NCBI GenBank assembly: GCA_944381245.1
Contig: CALWKK010000001.1
Location: 331-64,330 of the forward strand
Reading direction: 5' to 3'
Length of the DNA stretch: 64,000 bases
Origin: an uncultured Clostridia bacterium
GTDB taxonomy: Bacteria > Bacillota > Clostridia > Christensenellales > UBA1242
This document shows, one piece after another, positions 50,970 through 59,517 of this stretch (positions are counted from its first letter, which is position 1; every line of letters begins with the position of its first letter). The notes beneath the pieces were generated by a model. That model did no database searches. It saw only the letters and a program-made list of their open reading frames with translations, and was not told the origin of the DNA. Both the position numbers and the translations under genes were made by a program.

Positions 50970-52223
50970 CTATTTTTTAACGATTATATTTTTTTCTTTA
51001 CCATTTTTTGACGGTATATAAAATCTTTGATCTTTTATTTCATCAGGTAAATATTGCTGTTTAACAAATCCACCAAAGTCATGTGGATATTTATACTCAA
51101 TTTTTTTTGTATCATTTAAAGATTTGTTATTTCTTAAATGATAAGGAACTTGGGCTTGCGAAAAATGGTCAACAGCTTTTTCAGCTTTACTCATCGCTAG
51201 ATATACTGAATTTGATTTTTCTGCTGTGCAAGCATATATTATTGCATGTGATAAAGGTAACATACCTTCTGGCAACCCAATATTTTTTAAAGAATATAAA
51301 GCACAGTTAGCAAGAAGCAGCGCATTACTATCTGCCATTCCTATATCTTCAGAACAATGAGCTATTAATCTTCTTGCTATTATCAAGGGATCACATCCAG
51401 CTTTTATTAATCTTTGGCAATAAAATAAAGCAGCATCAGGATCACTTCCTCTTATACTTTTACAAAAAGCACTTAAATTATCATAAAATTTACTCTCATC
51501 AAGCCATAATGTTTTTTTCTGTATACAATCTTCGGCAATTTCTTTAGTAATATTAACTATACCTAATTTATCTGGATTTGTAGTTAAAAATGCCATTTCT
51601 AACCCATTTAACGCACTTCTTAAATCTCCACCAGATATTTCAGCAAAATAATTTAATGCTTCATCTTTTATGTTGATATTATATTGTCCCAAGCCTTCAT
51701 TGCAAACCAATGCTCTTTTTAAAGCTTTTATTATTTGCTCTTTATCTAATGACTTAAATTCAAAAATCATACATCTAGATAATATAGCTGGAGTTAAACT
51801 AAAATATGGATTTTCGGTTGTTGTTCCAATTAATATTAATGTTCCATCTTCAATTGCTGGCAAAATACTATCACTTTGGGCTTTACTCCATCTGTGACAT
51901 TCATCTAATAACAAATATGTTTGTTTGGAAAACAAATTTCTTTCATTTCTTGCATCTTCTATTATTTTTTTTACATCACCGACACCACTTGAAACTGCAT
52001 TTAATTTTTTAAAAACACCATTCCCTTGATTTGCTATAATATTTGCCAAAGTAGTTTTTCCAGTTCCTGGAGGTCCAAAAAAAATAACACTACTTAACAT
52101 TCCTGTTTCAATTGCTCTTCTCAAAAATGAACCTTTTTTTGTTATATGTTCTTGTCCAACAAAATCTTCAAATGTTTTAGGTCTCAACCTTTCTGCTAGT
52201 GGCACTCTTTTATTTTCTATCAT
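50970..52223 (-). CDS. rarA: Replication-associated recombination protein A (RarA/MgsA AAA+ ATPase)
   Basis: PLAERLRPKTFEDFVGQEH, GPPGTGKTT, LLDECHRW, GATTENP-like TTTENPYF, YKYPHDF. Confidence 0.95.
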   Translation of the reverse strand: MIENKRVPLAERLRPKTFEDFVGQEHITKKGSFLRRAIETGMLSSVIFFGPPGTGKTTLANIIANQGNGVFKKLNAVSSGVGDVKKIIEDARNERNLFSKQTYLLLDECHRWSKAQSDSILPAIEDGTLILIGTTTENPYFSLTPAILSRCMIFEFKSLDKEQIIKALKRALVCNEGLGQYNINIKDEALNYFAEISGGDLRSALNGLEMAFLTTNPDKLGIVNITKEIAEDCIQKKTLWLDESKFYDNLSAFCKSIRGSDPDAALFYCQRLIKAGCDPLIIARRLIAHCSEDIGMADSNALLLANCALYSLKNIGLPEGMLPLSHAIIYACTAEKSNSVYLAMSKAEKAVDHFSQAQVPYHLRNNKSLNDTKKIEYKYPHDFGGFVKQQYLPDEIKDQRFYIPSKNGKEKNIIVKK

Positions 52224-52252
52224 ATTTTTATTATATCATACAAAAATAAAAA

Positions 52253-53683
52253 TTAATAACTTATCAAAGCATTTTTTTCAAGTATATCTAAATTTATCGT
52301 TGTCACATTTAATAATTGCATTCCACTAAAATTTGTTAGCTTTTCCTCTTGTTTTTTAATATAAAAATTTTTTTTACTATTTTTATAATATAATATCAAT
52401 TTATAATTAATACTTATTTTAGGAGAAAAACTTATTATATTTTTTTTAAACACAATTCCAAATAAATTTTCAACTAAATAAGAATATAAATCCTGATAAG
52501 ATTTAATCTTTGCAAAAATTTTATAATCTGAGGTTAAGATTTCAGATAGTTTTATTTTATTAAATATTATTTTTTCTTGTTTTAAAAAATTATATCTGTA
52601 AATTTCCTGCAAAATTGATTTTGGTAACTTATTATTAAAAAAATTGTTAAAATAATCATTTTTTATATAAATTTTTTTATCAAATAACTGCGAAATATTA
52701 ATTTTTTCTTTTATTAAATAATTTTTGTAATTTTCAAAATCATTTTTAGTCATAAAAAATGTATTTGTGTTTGCATTACATTTTAAAACAATTTTTATAA
52801 ACGGGATTCCTTTATTATTAATAGGAAATACATTTTTAATTTCCGAATTCGTGTAATAATTTAATGTTTTATTATCAGAAAATAATATTTTTAAATATTT
52901 TTTATTTCTTTCAATATTATAAAAATGTGATTTTAATTTTATATAAATATAAATAAATCCAGTTTTTTTTGAATTAAAACAATATGAAATACAATTATTT
53001 AAATTAATTTGAATATTTTCTGTGATAAACCTTCTACAGCTCACATCTTTTAAATTAGTGTAATAATCTTCCTCTATTAAATCTATTTTTTCGTTATAGG
53101 CACTGTTATAATTATAATTTAATTTGTTTAATTCTTGATATAAATTTAAATTAATATCTTGAATATAAATATTTTTAAAATTACTAATTTGCTTGTTTTT
53201 TTGATCTTCTAAAATAAGAATTGGTTCAAAATCAATATATTTTTTAATTTCTTCTATTGCAAAAATATATTTATCTAAATCTTTTTTTATTTTTTCATAA
53301 TTAAATATTAAAATTCTCTTATTGTTAAATAAACCAGCATTCTCTAATATTTTAAAATTTGGATAAAGATTAAATTGGACAACATTTGCATCTAATTTAC
53401 GATATAATTTATCTATTAATAATTTTTTCTTTAAAGAAATTTTATAATATTGTTTGTTATATAAATTTTTGAAATAAAAAGACTTACTTTGAATATTTTT
53501 TTTATTTTTTTTCAAATATAATATTTTAACTTTTTTTATTATAAATGTTTTTTTTTCTTTTTTTATTTCACAACAAACCTTTTTATTTTTCTTATAAAAA
53601 AAAATTATATCGTTTATTATTTTTTTTACAAAAACGAAAATAAACAAAGTTATTAATGTAAAAATCACAATTAAATTAATCAT
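52253..53683 (-). CDS. Hypothetical N-terminally anchored 476-aa protein, extreme K/N/I/Y/F composition
   Basis: Long uninterrupted ORF in an even more AT-rich stretch than its neighbours, with one N-terminal TM helix. No recognisable motif and no obvious SD. Confidence 0.5.
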   Translation of the reverse strand: MINLIVIFTLITLFIFVFVKKIINDIIFFYKKNKKVCCEIKKEKKTFIIKKVKILYLKKNKKNIQSKSFYFKNLYNKQYYKISLKKKLLIDKLYRKLDANVVQFNLYPNFKILENAGLFNNKRILIFNYEKIKKDLDKYIFAIEEIKKYIDFEPILILEDQKNKQISNFKNIYIQDINLNLYQELNKLNYNYNSAYNEKIDLIEEDYYTNLKDVSCRRFITENIQINLNNCISYCFNSKKTGFIYIYIKLKSHFYNIERNKKYLKILFSDNKTLNYYTNSEIKNVFPINNKGIPFIKIVLKCNANTNTFFMTKNDFENYKNYLIKEKINISQLFDKKIYIKNDYFNNFFNNKLPKSILQEIYRYNFLKQEKIIFNKIKLSEILTSDYKIFAKIKSYQDLYSYLVENLFGIVFKKNIISFSPKISINYKLILYYKNSKKNFYIKKQEEKLTNFSGMQLLNVTTINLDILEKNALISY

Positions 53684-53717
53684 ATAAAATGATTGACAAA
53701 AATATGTAATTTAAAAC

Positions 53718-53810
53718 TTATTCTTTATCTTTTTCATTTGTTTTATTTTTAACAAACGGCTTTAAAAATATTGAAATAAATTTTGGAACCTTAAAACAAA
53801 ATATTTTCAT
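53718..53810 (-). CDS. Candidate 30-aa micro-ORF (MKIFCFKVPKFISIFLKPFVKNKTNEKDKE)
   Basis: Below the track's size cutoff. ATG is preceded by AGAGGT at optimal spacing. It ends 34 nt upstream of the 476-aa gene on the same strand. Confidence 0.3.
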   Translation of the reverse strand: MKIFCFKVPKFISIFLKPFVKNKTNEKDKE

Positions 53811-53924
53811 CTGCAACCTCTATTATCATATGTTATGAAATTTTTAAAAAATTTGTTACGAACTATTTTTCCTGTTTTTTTATACAATGAAATAGCAATT
53901 AAATTGCTAAAATGAGAGTGATAT

Positions 53925-54770
53925 ATGAAAGACCAAAGAAAAGAAATATTGAAATTTGAAAATGTGTGTTTAACTTATCATACTAAAGATGACGAAATAC
54001 TTGCTTTAAAAGATGTTAATTTTTCAGTTTATGAAAAAGAGTTTATAGCTATCGTTGGTCCGAGTGGATGTGGCAAAACAACATTATTAAGCTTAATTTC
54101 TGGAATACTTAAGCCTAGTTCTGGAAAAATCATTTTTGATGGAAAAAATATAAATGATTCAAAAAAAATAAATAAAAAAAATAAAGAACTAAATACTGAA
54201 ATTGGTTATATGTTTCAAAGAGATCATCTCTTCGATTGGAGAACAATTTGGAAAAATGTAATTATTGGATTAGAGATTCAAGGTAAAAAAAATGATAAAG
54301 AAATTATATCTAAGTTAAATAATTTATTAAATAAATATGGTCTTGAATCTTTTAAAAACAAAAAACCAACTCAACTTTCAGGTGGAATGAGACAAAGAGT
54401 TGCCTTAATTAGAACACTGGCTTTAAATCCTAAATTATTATTACTTGACGAGCCTTTTTCTGCCTTAGATTTTCAAACAAGACTTAGTGTTTGTGACAGT
54501 GTTTCAGAAATAATAAAAAATGAACAGAAAACAGCTATTTTAGTTACTCACGATATTGCCGAAGCTGTCAGTATGGCAGATCGAATTATTATTCTTTCTA
54601 ATAGACCAGGTTATGTAAAAAAAATTATAAGTGTTGATTTACAACATTTAGGCCCTCCAATAAAAAGACGAGAAAGTGAAAAAGCAAGAATTTTATTTGA
54701 TGAAATTTGGAAGGATCTTATTCAATATAATAACGAAAATCCTTTAAATACAATTGGAGATGATAAATGA
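53925..54770 (+). CDS. ABC transporter ATP-binding protein (NitT/TauT-type)
   Basis: GPSGCGKTT, LSGGMRQRVALIRTL, LLLLDEPFSALD, VTHD. Confidence 0.9.
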   Translation: MKDQRKEILKFENVCLTYHTKDDEILALKDVNFSVYEKEFIAIVGPSGCGKTTLLSLISGILKPSSGKIIFDGKNINDSKKINKKNKELNTEIGYMFQRDHLFDWRTIWKNVIIGLEIQGKKNDKEIISKLNNLLNKYGLESFKNKKPTQLSGGMRQRVALIRTLALNPKLLLLDEPFSALDFQTRLSVCDSVSEIIKNEQKTAILVTHDIAEAVSMADRIIILSNRPGYVKKIISVDLQHLGPPIKRRESEKARILFDEIWKDLIQYNNENPLNTIGDDK

Positions 54771-55612
54771 AAAATAAAATTCAAAATCTATTTACTAAAT
54801 TTTTTAAGAAAAAAAATAAAAATTTAAATTATTCCAAAGAACATAAAATATATGTAAAAAAAATTACTGTAGAAAAATGGACTATAAGATTAATTCAAGT
54901 TTTTATTTTAATTTCAATTTTTGTGCTTTGGGAATTACTAACTATGTATAATGTTTTAGATGCTTTCTTTATAAGTTCGCCTTCCAGAATGATTAACACA
55001 GTTGTTAGTTTATATGAATCTGGAGAATTATTTTTGCATATCGGAACAACTCTTTATGAAACTATAGTCGGATTTTTATTAGCAACTTTTATTGGATATT
55101 TAATTGCTGTAATTTTATGGTGGAATGAAAAACTTAGAAAAATATTTGATCCTTATATTGTTGTCTTAAATAGCTTACCAAAAATAGCTTTAGGGCCCCT
55201 TATCATTATTTGGTTTGGAGCTGGAACTAGCGCTATTATTGTAATGTGTATATTAATTTGCGTTATAATAACAACTTTGAGCATTTTGGGATCGTTTTTA
55301 TCTTGCGATAAAGATAAAATTCTTTTAATGAAATCTATGAATGCAAAAAAATATCAAATATTTTTCAAATTAATAGTTCCACATTCAATGCCTGATTTTA
55401 TTTCAGTTTTAAAAATAAATGTTGGCATGAGTTGGGTTGGAACTATTATGGGCGAATATTTAGTTAGTAAAGCAGGTCTAGGTTATTTAATAGTTTACGG
55501 TGGAACTGTGTTTAAATTAGATTTAGTTATGACTAGCACGGTTATTCTCTGTTTGCTTGCTGGCGGAATGTACTTTATTGTTAGCAGAATTGAAGCCAGA
55601 TTTAAAAGATAA
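54767..55612 (+). CDS. ABC transporter permease (NitT/TauT-type, BPD_transp_1)
   Basis: Six TM helices. ATGA-coupled to the ATPase gene. Confidence 0.85.
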   Translation: MKNKIQNLFTKFFKKKNKNLNYSKEHKIYVKKITVEKWTIRLIQVFILISIFVLWELLTMYNVLDAFFISSPSRMINTVVSLYESGELFLHIGTTLYETIVGFLLATFIGYLIAVILWWNEKLRKIFDPYIVVLNSLPKIALGPLIIIWFGAGTSAIIVMCILICVIITTLSILGSFLSCDKDKILLMKSMNAKKYQIFFKLIVPHSMPDFISVLKINVGMSWVGTIMGEYLVSKAGLGYLIVYGGTVFKLDLVMTSTVILCLLAGGMYFIVSRIEARFKR

Positions 55613-56686
55613 ATTTTGATAGTACATCATGATTAATCCTAATCCTCCTATTAAAGGATAAGTATACTTAATAATTTTATCAAAACCAAGCAAACTTATT
55701 GAGTAAAAAATTAAGATAGATAAAATAATAGGAAGAATTTTTGTCTTTCTATTATTTTCTTTGTTTTTTATTCTGTTATAAACTTGCACAAAAGAATATT
55801 GCGTTGATATGAGTGTTGTTATTATACTAAACAAAATAATCAATGAAAACATAATTCCAACTGGATAACTTATTAAAAAAGATAGATATACTAGTGGCAT
55901 ATCAATATAAATTATCATACGATCATTGGCTAATATTGATATTATAATTAAAAAAATTAAAATAATTAATATAAATGAAGAAACCAATGCTGTCAATTTT
56001 ATATATTTTTTATTAATTTTAAATCCTGTGTCAAATAAAACTTTGTTTGATGTTGCTAAATTACAACAAACATAACTTATAGTGCTAAAAAAAAGCATTA
56101 TTAAATTGTTAAAATCAGTTGAAAAAGCTGGTGGCGATAATGTTGAAATAGTAAAACCCTTTAAGCAAATATATATAATTCCTAATAATATACAAGGGAC
56201 TATTATAAAATTAAAGTTAGATAAAGATTTAATACCAAGAAAAACCATTAAGCTTGAGAAAGTTACTATTAATACACTCCATATAGGGAAATTCACACCA
56301 AACAAACTTTGGTTTAATAAATTGTTTATTCCAGCAATCATTGATGAGCCAATAATTGAAAATATTATTAATGATATTATATTAAATATTAAAAAAATTT
56401 TACTTTTTCTAATAAAATCCAAATTATATTTATATTTTCCAAAGTTTAAAAAAGTTTTTATTCCAAAATAAAATAATATAAAAATAGGTATTAAAAATAC
56501 TAAACTAATAAAACCATATTGTGCAAAAAAAACAACAATTTCCTGTCCTGATGCTAGTCCAACACCAACAATTGTTCCAACAATTAACATTGAATATTTA
56601 AAAATTTCGTAAAACTTTTTCACAATATAATTTATTAATAAATTTTTAACTATATACTTAAATAATTTTTGAAAATAAATACACAC
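55523..56686 (-). CDS. YkvI-family membrane transporter-like protein
   Basis: IVGTIVGVGLASGQEIVVFF N-terminal signature and about 11 TM helices. Track start at 56686 is GTG; GTG 56623 or ATG 56590 are more plausible starts. Confidence 0.65.
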   Translation of the reverse strand: MCIYFQKLFKYIVKNLLINYIVKKFYEIFKYSMLIVGTIVGVGLASGQEIVVFFAQYGFISLVFLIPIFILFYFGIKTFLNFGKYKYNLDFIRKSKIFLIFNIISLIIFSIIGSSMIAGINNLLNQSLFGVNFPIWSVLIVTFSSLMVFLGIKSLSNFNFIIVPCILLGIIYICLKGFTISTLSPPAFSTDFNNLIMLFFSTISYVCCNLATSNKVLFDTGFKINKKYIKLTALVSSFILIILIFLIIISILANDRMIIYIDMPLVYLSFLISYPVGIMFSLIILFSIITTLISTQYSFVQVYNRIKNKENNRKTKILPIILSILIFYSISLLGFDKIIKYTYPLIGGLGLIMMYYQNLSFKSGFNSANNKVHSASKQTENNRASHN

Positions 56687-56693
56687 TATTGTT

Positions 56694-57332
56694 ATGAGTT
56701 CAAAAATAATTTATTATGTCGTTTTAGTTTTTATATTTGCAGGGCTTTTTGTTTGTATTATTCCTGTTCCATTTTATAACGTAGGATACGATAGTTTAAG
56801 CGAAGAAGAAAAAAAGTTATATAATGATGCATATGAAATTGAAAACAATCCCTACAAAGATGTTCAAGATTATAATGAAGTTATAAACTCAATAGGGAAT
56901 GTAGTTAATTTAGATTGGTTTGATGTTGTTAATAATTTTTTCACAAAATATACTCTAACTGCTAAGGTTATTGATGTAAATACAAAAAAATCTTATTATG
57001 TCAAACGTGTTGGAGGATATAACCATGCCGATGTTCAACCAATTGATGCCGAAAATACGGCTATAATGAAAAGTCTTTACAACGGTGAGTGGAGTTGGAC
57101 AAGAAGACCTGTTTGGGTTGAAATAAATGGAACTTATATTGCTGGTTCTATTAACGGAATGCCTCATGGCTATACACTAATTGAAGGAAATAATATGGAT
57201 GGTCATACCTGCATACATTTTCTTAATAGTATGACCCATGGCACAAAAAGAGTTGATGAGGCGCATCAAAATGCTATTGCCACTGCTTATGAAAGAAGAA
57301 ACGAATTGAAATCATTATTATTAAATAATTAA
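56694..57332 (+). CDS. Membrane-anchored extracytoplasmic protein, possible divergent YkuD-like (L,D-transpeptidase-fold) domain
   Basis: N-terminal TM. The core NGMPHG-x11-GHTCIHF resembles the HG...(S/T)xGC(I/V)R YkuD signature; the call is tentative. Confidence 0.3.
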   Translation: MSSKIIYYVVLVFIFAGLFVCIIPVPFYNVGYDSLSEEEKKLYNDAYEIENNPYKDVQDYNEVINSIGNVVNLDWFDVVNNFFTKYTLTAKVIDVNTKKSYYVKRVGGYNHADVQPIDAENTAIMKSLYNGEWSWTRRPVWVEINGTYIAGSINGMPHGYTLIEGNNMDGHTCIHFLNSMTHGTKRVDEAHQNAIATAYERRNELKSLLLNN

Positions 57333-58330
57333 TTATAAATATCAATAATTGTTTTTAAGTTCTTATTTTCTATAATTTTTCCTGCTGCTAAAATAGGAAT
57401 AATTTCGCTGTCCTCAAAAACATTAATTTTCATTTTTAAAATTTTATTTAAATGATTTGAAAATCCTTTTAAACTTGTTATTTCCCCAAAAACATATATT
57501 CCATTTTCAACAATTTCATTAACCATTTCTGGTTCGCACATATTAATGGTCGTTTGAATAGCTGGTAATATGGTATTTAAATAATTTTGTATAACAAAAT
57601 ATATTTCCATACTTGAAATTTCTATATTTTTATTCTCTCTATTATTTTTGTCAAAAATTTCTATTTTTGCTTTTCTTTCGTCTCCGTCTATAAAAGTTAT
57701 TAACTTTTTTCTAATATCTTTTACTTTATCAATATTTATATTAATTTTATGCTTCTTTTTTATATAATTTTGAATATCTGTATCCATCAAGTTTGTTCCA
57801 ACATTAAGATGTCCACCTTTTATTACAAAATTATCTTTTACGCAAGCAATGTCTGTTGTTTCTTCTCCTAAATAAACTATTAATAAATTTTTTTTCAACT
57901 TTATCTTTTCATTGATGTATTTTTCAAAAAATACAACTCTTGGTATACATTTATATTTTTTTATCCCACTTTTTTTTGCAAGTTTTTTTAAATTAGCTAA
58001 AAATTGTTTTGAATTTCCACAATTAGTAATAAATAATGCATTTGGCTTTAATGTTAATCTTTTATTCTTTACTTTCCCTAAAAAAGTCTTTAACATTATT
58101 GTTGAATACTCCAAATTTTTTACATCACCACCTAATATTGGATTGAATATATGACTATTACTAGAATTAATTTTTTCATAATTTATATCAGATCCAACAC
58201 TATTTAAATAATATTGATCATCAACTTTACTTATACATATTAAATTTGGCTCTTTTAAAACAATTCCTTCTTTATTTTTATAAATAATCGTATTCCCATC
58301 AAATAAATCAATAATTAAATCAATTTTCAT
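57329..58330 (-). CDS. MreB-homologous actin-fold protein with degenerate nucleotide-binding loops
   Basis: Collinear with MreB over the full length (GIVLKEPNLICI; IFNPILGGDVKNLEYSTIMLKTF; NVGTNLMDTDIQNYIKKKHKINI). Phosphate-1 is DLFDGNT (vs DLGTANT), phosphate-2 is YLGEETTD (vs DIGGGTTE) and the adenosine loop is VFGEIT (vs LTGGGA). Confidence 0.7.
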   Translation of the reverse strand: MKIDLIIDLFDGNTIIYKNKEGIVLKEPNLICISKVDDQYYLNSVGSDINYEKINSSNSHIFNPILGGDVKNLEYSTIMLKTFLGKVKNKRLTLKPNALFITNCGNSKQFLANLKKLAKKSGIKKYKCIPRVVFFEKYINEKIKLKKNLLIVYLGEETTDIACVKDNFVIKGGHLNVGTNLMDTDIQNYIKKKHKININIDKVKDIRKKLITFIDGDERKAKIEIFDKNNRENKNIEISSMEIYFVIQNYLNTILPAIQTTINMCEPEMVNEIVENGIYVFGEITSLKGFSNHLNKILKMKINVFEDSEIIPILAAGKIIENKNLKTIIDIYN

Positions 58331-58332
58331 TT

Positions 58333-59517
58333 TTAGAAATTAATTGTTAATTCAACAATTTTTCCTCCTCTATTTATTTTATAAACAGCATTTTGTGCAT
58401 ACAATAATTTCATTCTGGCATATAAGAACGTGTTTGAATCCCAAATTTCATATTCTTCTGTTCCATCTAATGTTTCTAATTCAACACCTATTATAATATC
58501 GCCTGCTTGTAAACCATTTATTAAACATTCTTCATTAACAGAAACAACATAAAATCCTTCTTCATTAAATCCAATAGGATTTGTTGAAACAGAATCAATC
58601 GCACTGTCTATACCTGATACTCCGAGCATTGCTTCACTTGTCGTTTCTCCATTTGTTAAATAATTTTCAACAACAATATCAATCATAATAATTGCAGGAT
58701 AAATTGAAACTGCAAAAAACAAAGAATTTGCATCATCATCTCCTAATGTATTTAATCCGATAACATAACCATCCATATCTATTAATGCGCCACCACTATT
58801 CCCATGATTAATAGCTGCATCGTGCTGGATTAAATGCTCATATAAATTTCCATCTGAAATTGCTTCTCTTAAAATTGTGGAAGATATAGTTCCTGTTGTT
58901 GCTGAAGCATGATATGACTTTTGATTTCCAACAGTAATAACAGGTTCTAATAATGATATTTTATCTACTTCAGAACAATATACGCTTCTATCTTTTAACT
59001 TTGCTGCTGGTAAATCAGCAAATTGCTCACAAACTATTATTGCCATATCAACTTTATTATTGCTCCATAAAATTTTTGCAGGATAAGTTGTCTTTCCTCC
59101 GTCTTGACTTACATAACATTTATAATATGTTTTTGTAATTGTTGTCATTGTTGTTTCTGTTACAACATCTGTCAAAACATCGCTTATAACATGGTAATTA
59201 GTTAAAATAAAACCACCTGAATGAACAATAAATCCACTTCCATAACTTGTTAATGTTTCACTAACATTTGTATTTCCAGATCTAATTGTTTCAACAACTC
59301 GATTAATACAAATTGTAAAAGATATATTTATATATTTTTCAGCAATCTGACTTGCTGTTAAATTCTCTGTTATATCTATTTCTTCGTTTTCTGTATACTT
59401 AGATGCATCATAAATAATTTTGTTATCATTATCTATGAATGTGTAAGGATTTGTGCAAGATGAAAAAGTAAAAATACAACATACTATTAATATTAGCAAA
59501 CTAATTGTTTTTTTCAT
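58333..59517 (-). CDS. Trypsin-like serine protease (S1C, HtrA/DegP-like) with C-terminal PDZ-like domain; probable lipoprotein
   Basis: Signal peptide ending FSSC. Catalytic His (ILTNYHVI), Asp (VDMAIIV) and Ser (GNSGGALID). GLQAGDIIIGVE PDZ motif. Confidence 0.85.
   Translation of the reverse strand: MKKTISLLILIVCCIFTFSSCTNPYTFIDNDNKIIYDASKYTENEEIDITENLTASQIAEKYINISFTICINRVVETIRSGNTNVSETLTSYGSGFIVHSGGFILTNYHVISDVLTDVVTETTMTTITKTYYKCYVSQDGGKTTYPAKILWSNNKVDMAIIVCEQFADLPAAKLKDRSVYCSEVDKISLLEPVITVGNQKSYHASATTGTISSTILREAISDGNLYEHLIQHDAAINHGNSGGALIDMDGYVIGLNTLGDDDANSLFFAVSIYPAIIMIDIVVENYLTNGETTSEAMLGVSGIDSAIDSVSTNPIGFNEEGFYVVSVNEECLINGLQAGDIIIGVELETLDGTEEYEIWDSNTFLYARMKLLYAQNAVYKINRGGKIVELTINF

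Noticed and set aside
56687-56693. 7-nt divergent intergenic spacer between the YkvI-like and 212-aa genes
   Set aside because: It is an artefact of the longest-ORF GTG start at 56686. Using GTG 56623 or ATG 56590 restores a 70-103-nt divergent promoter region.
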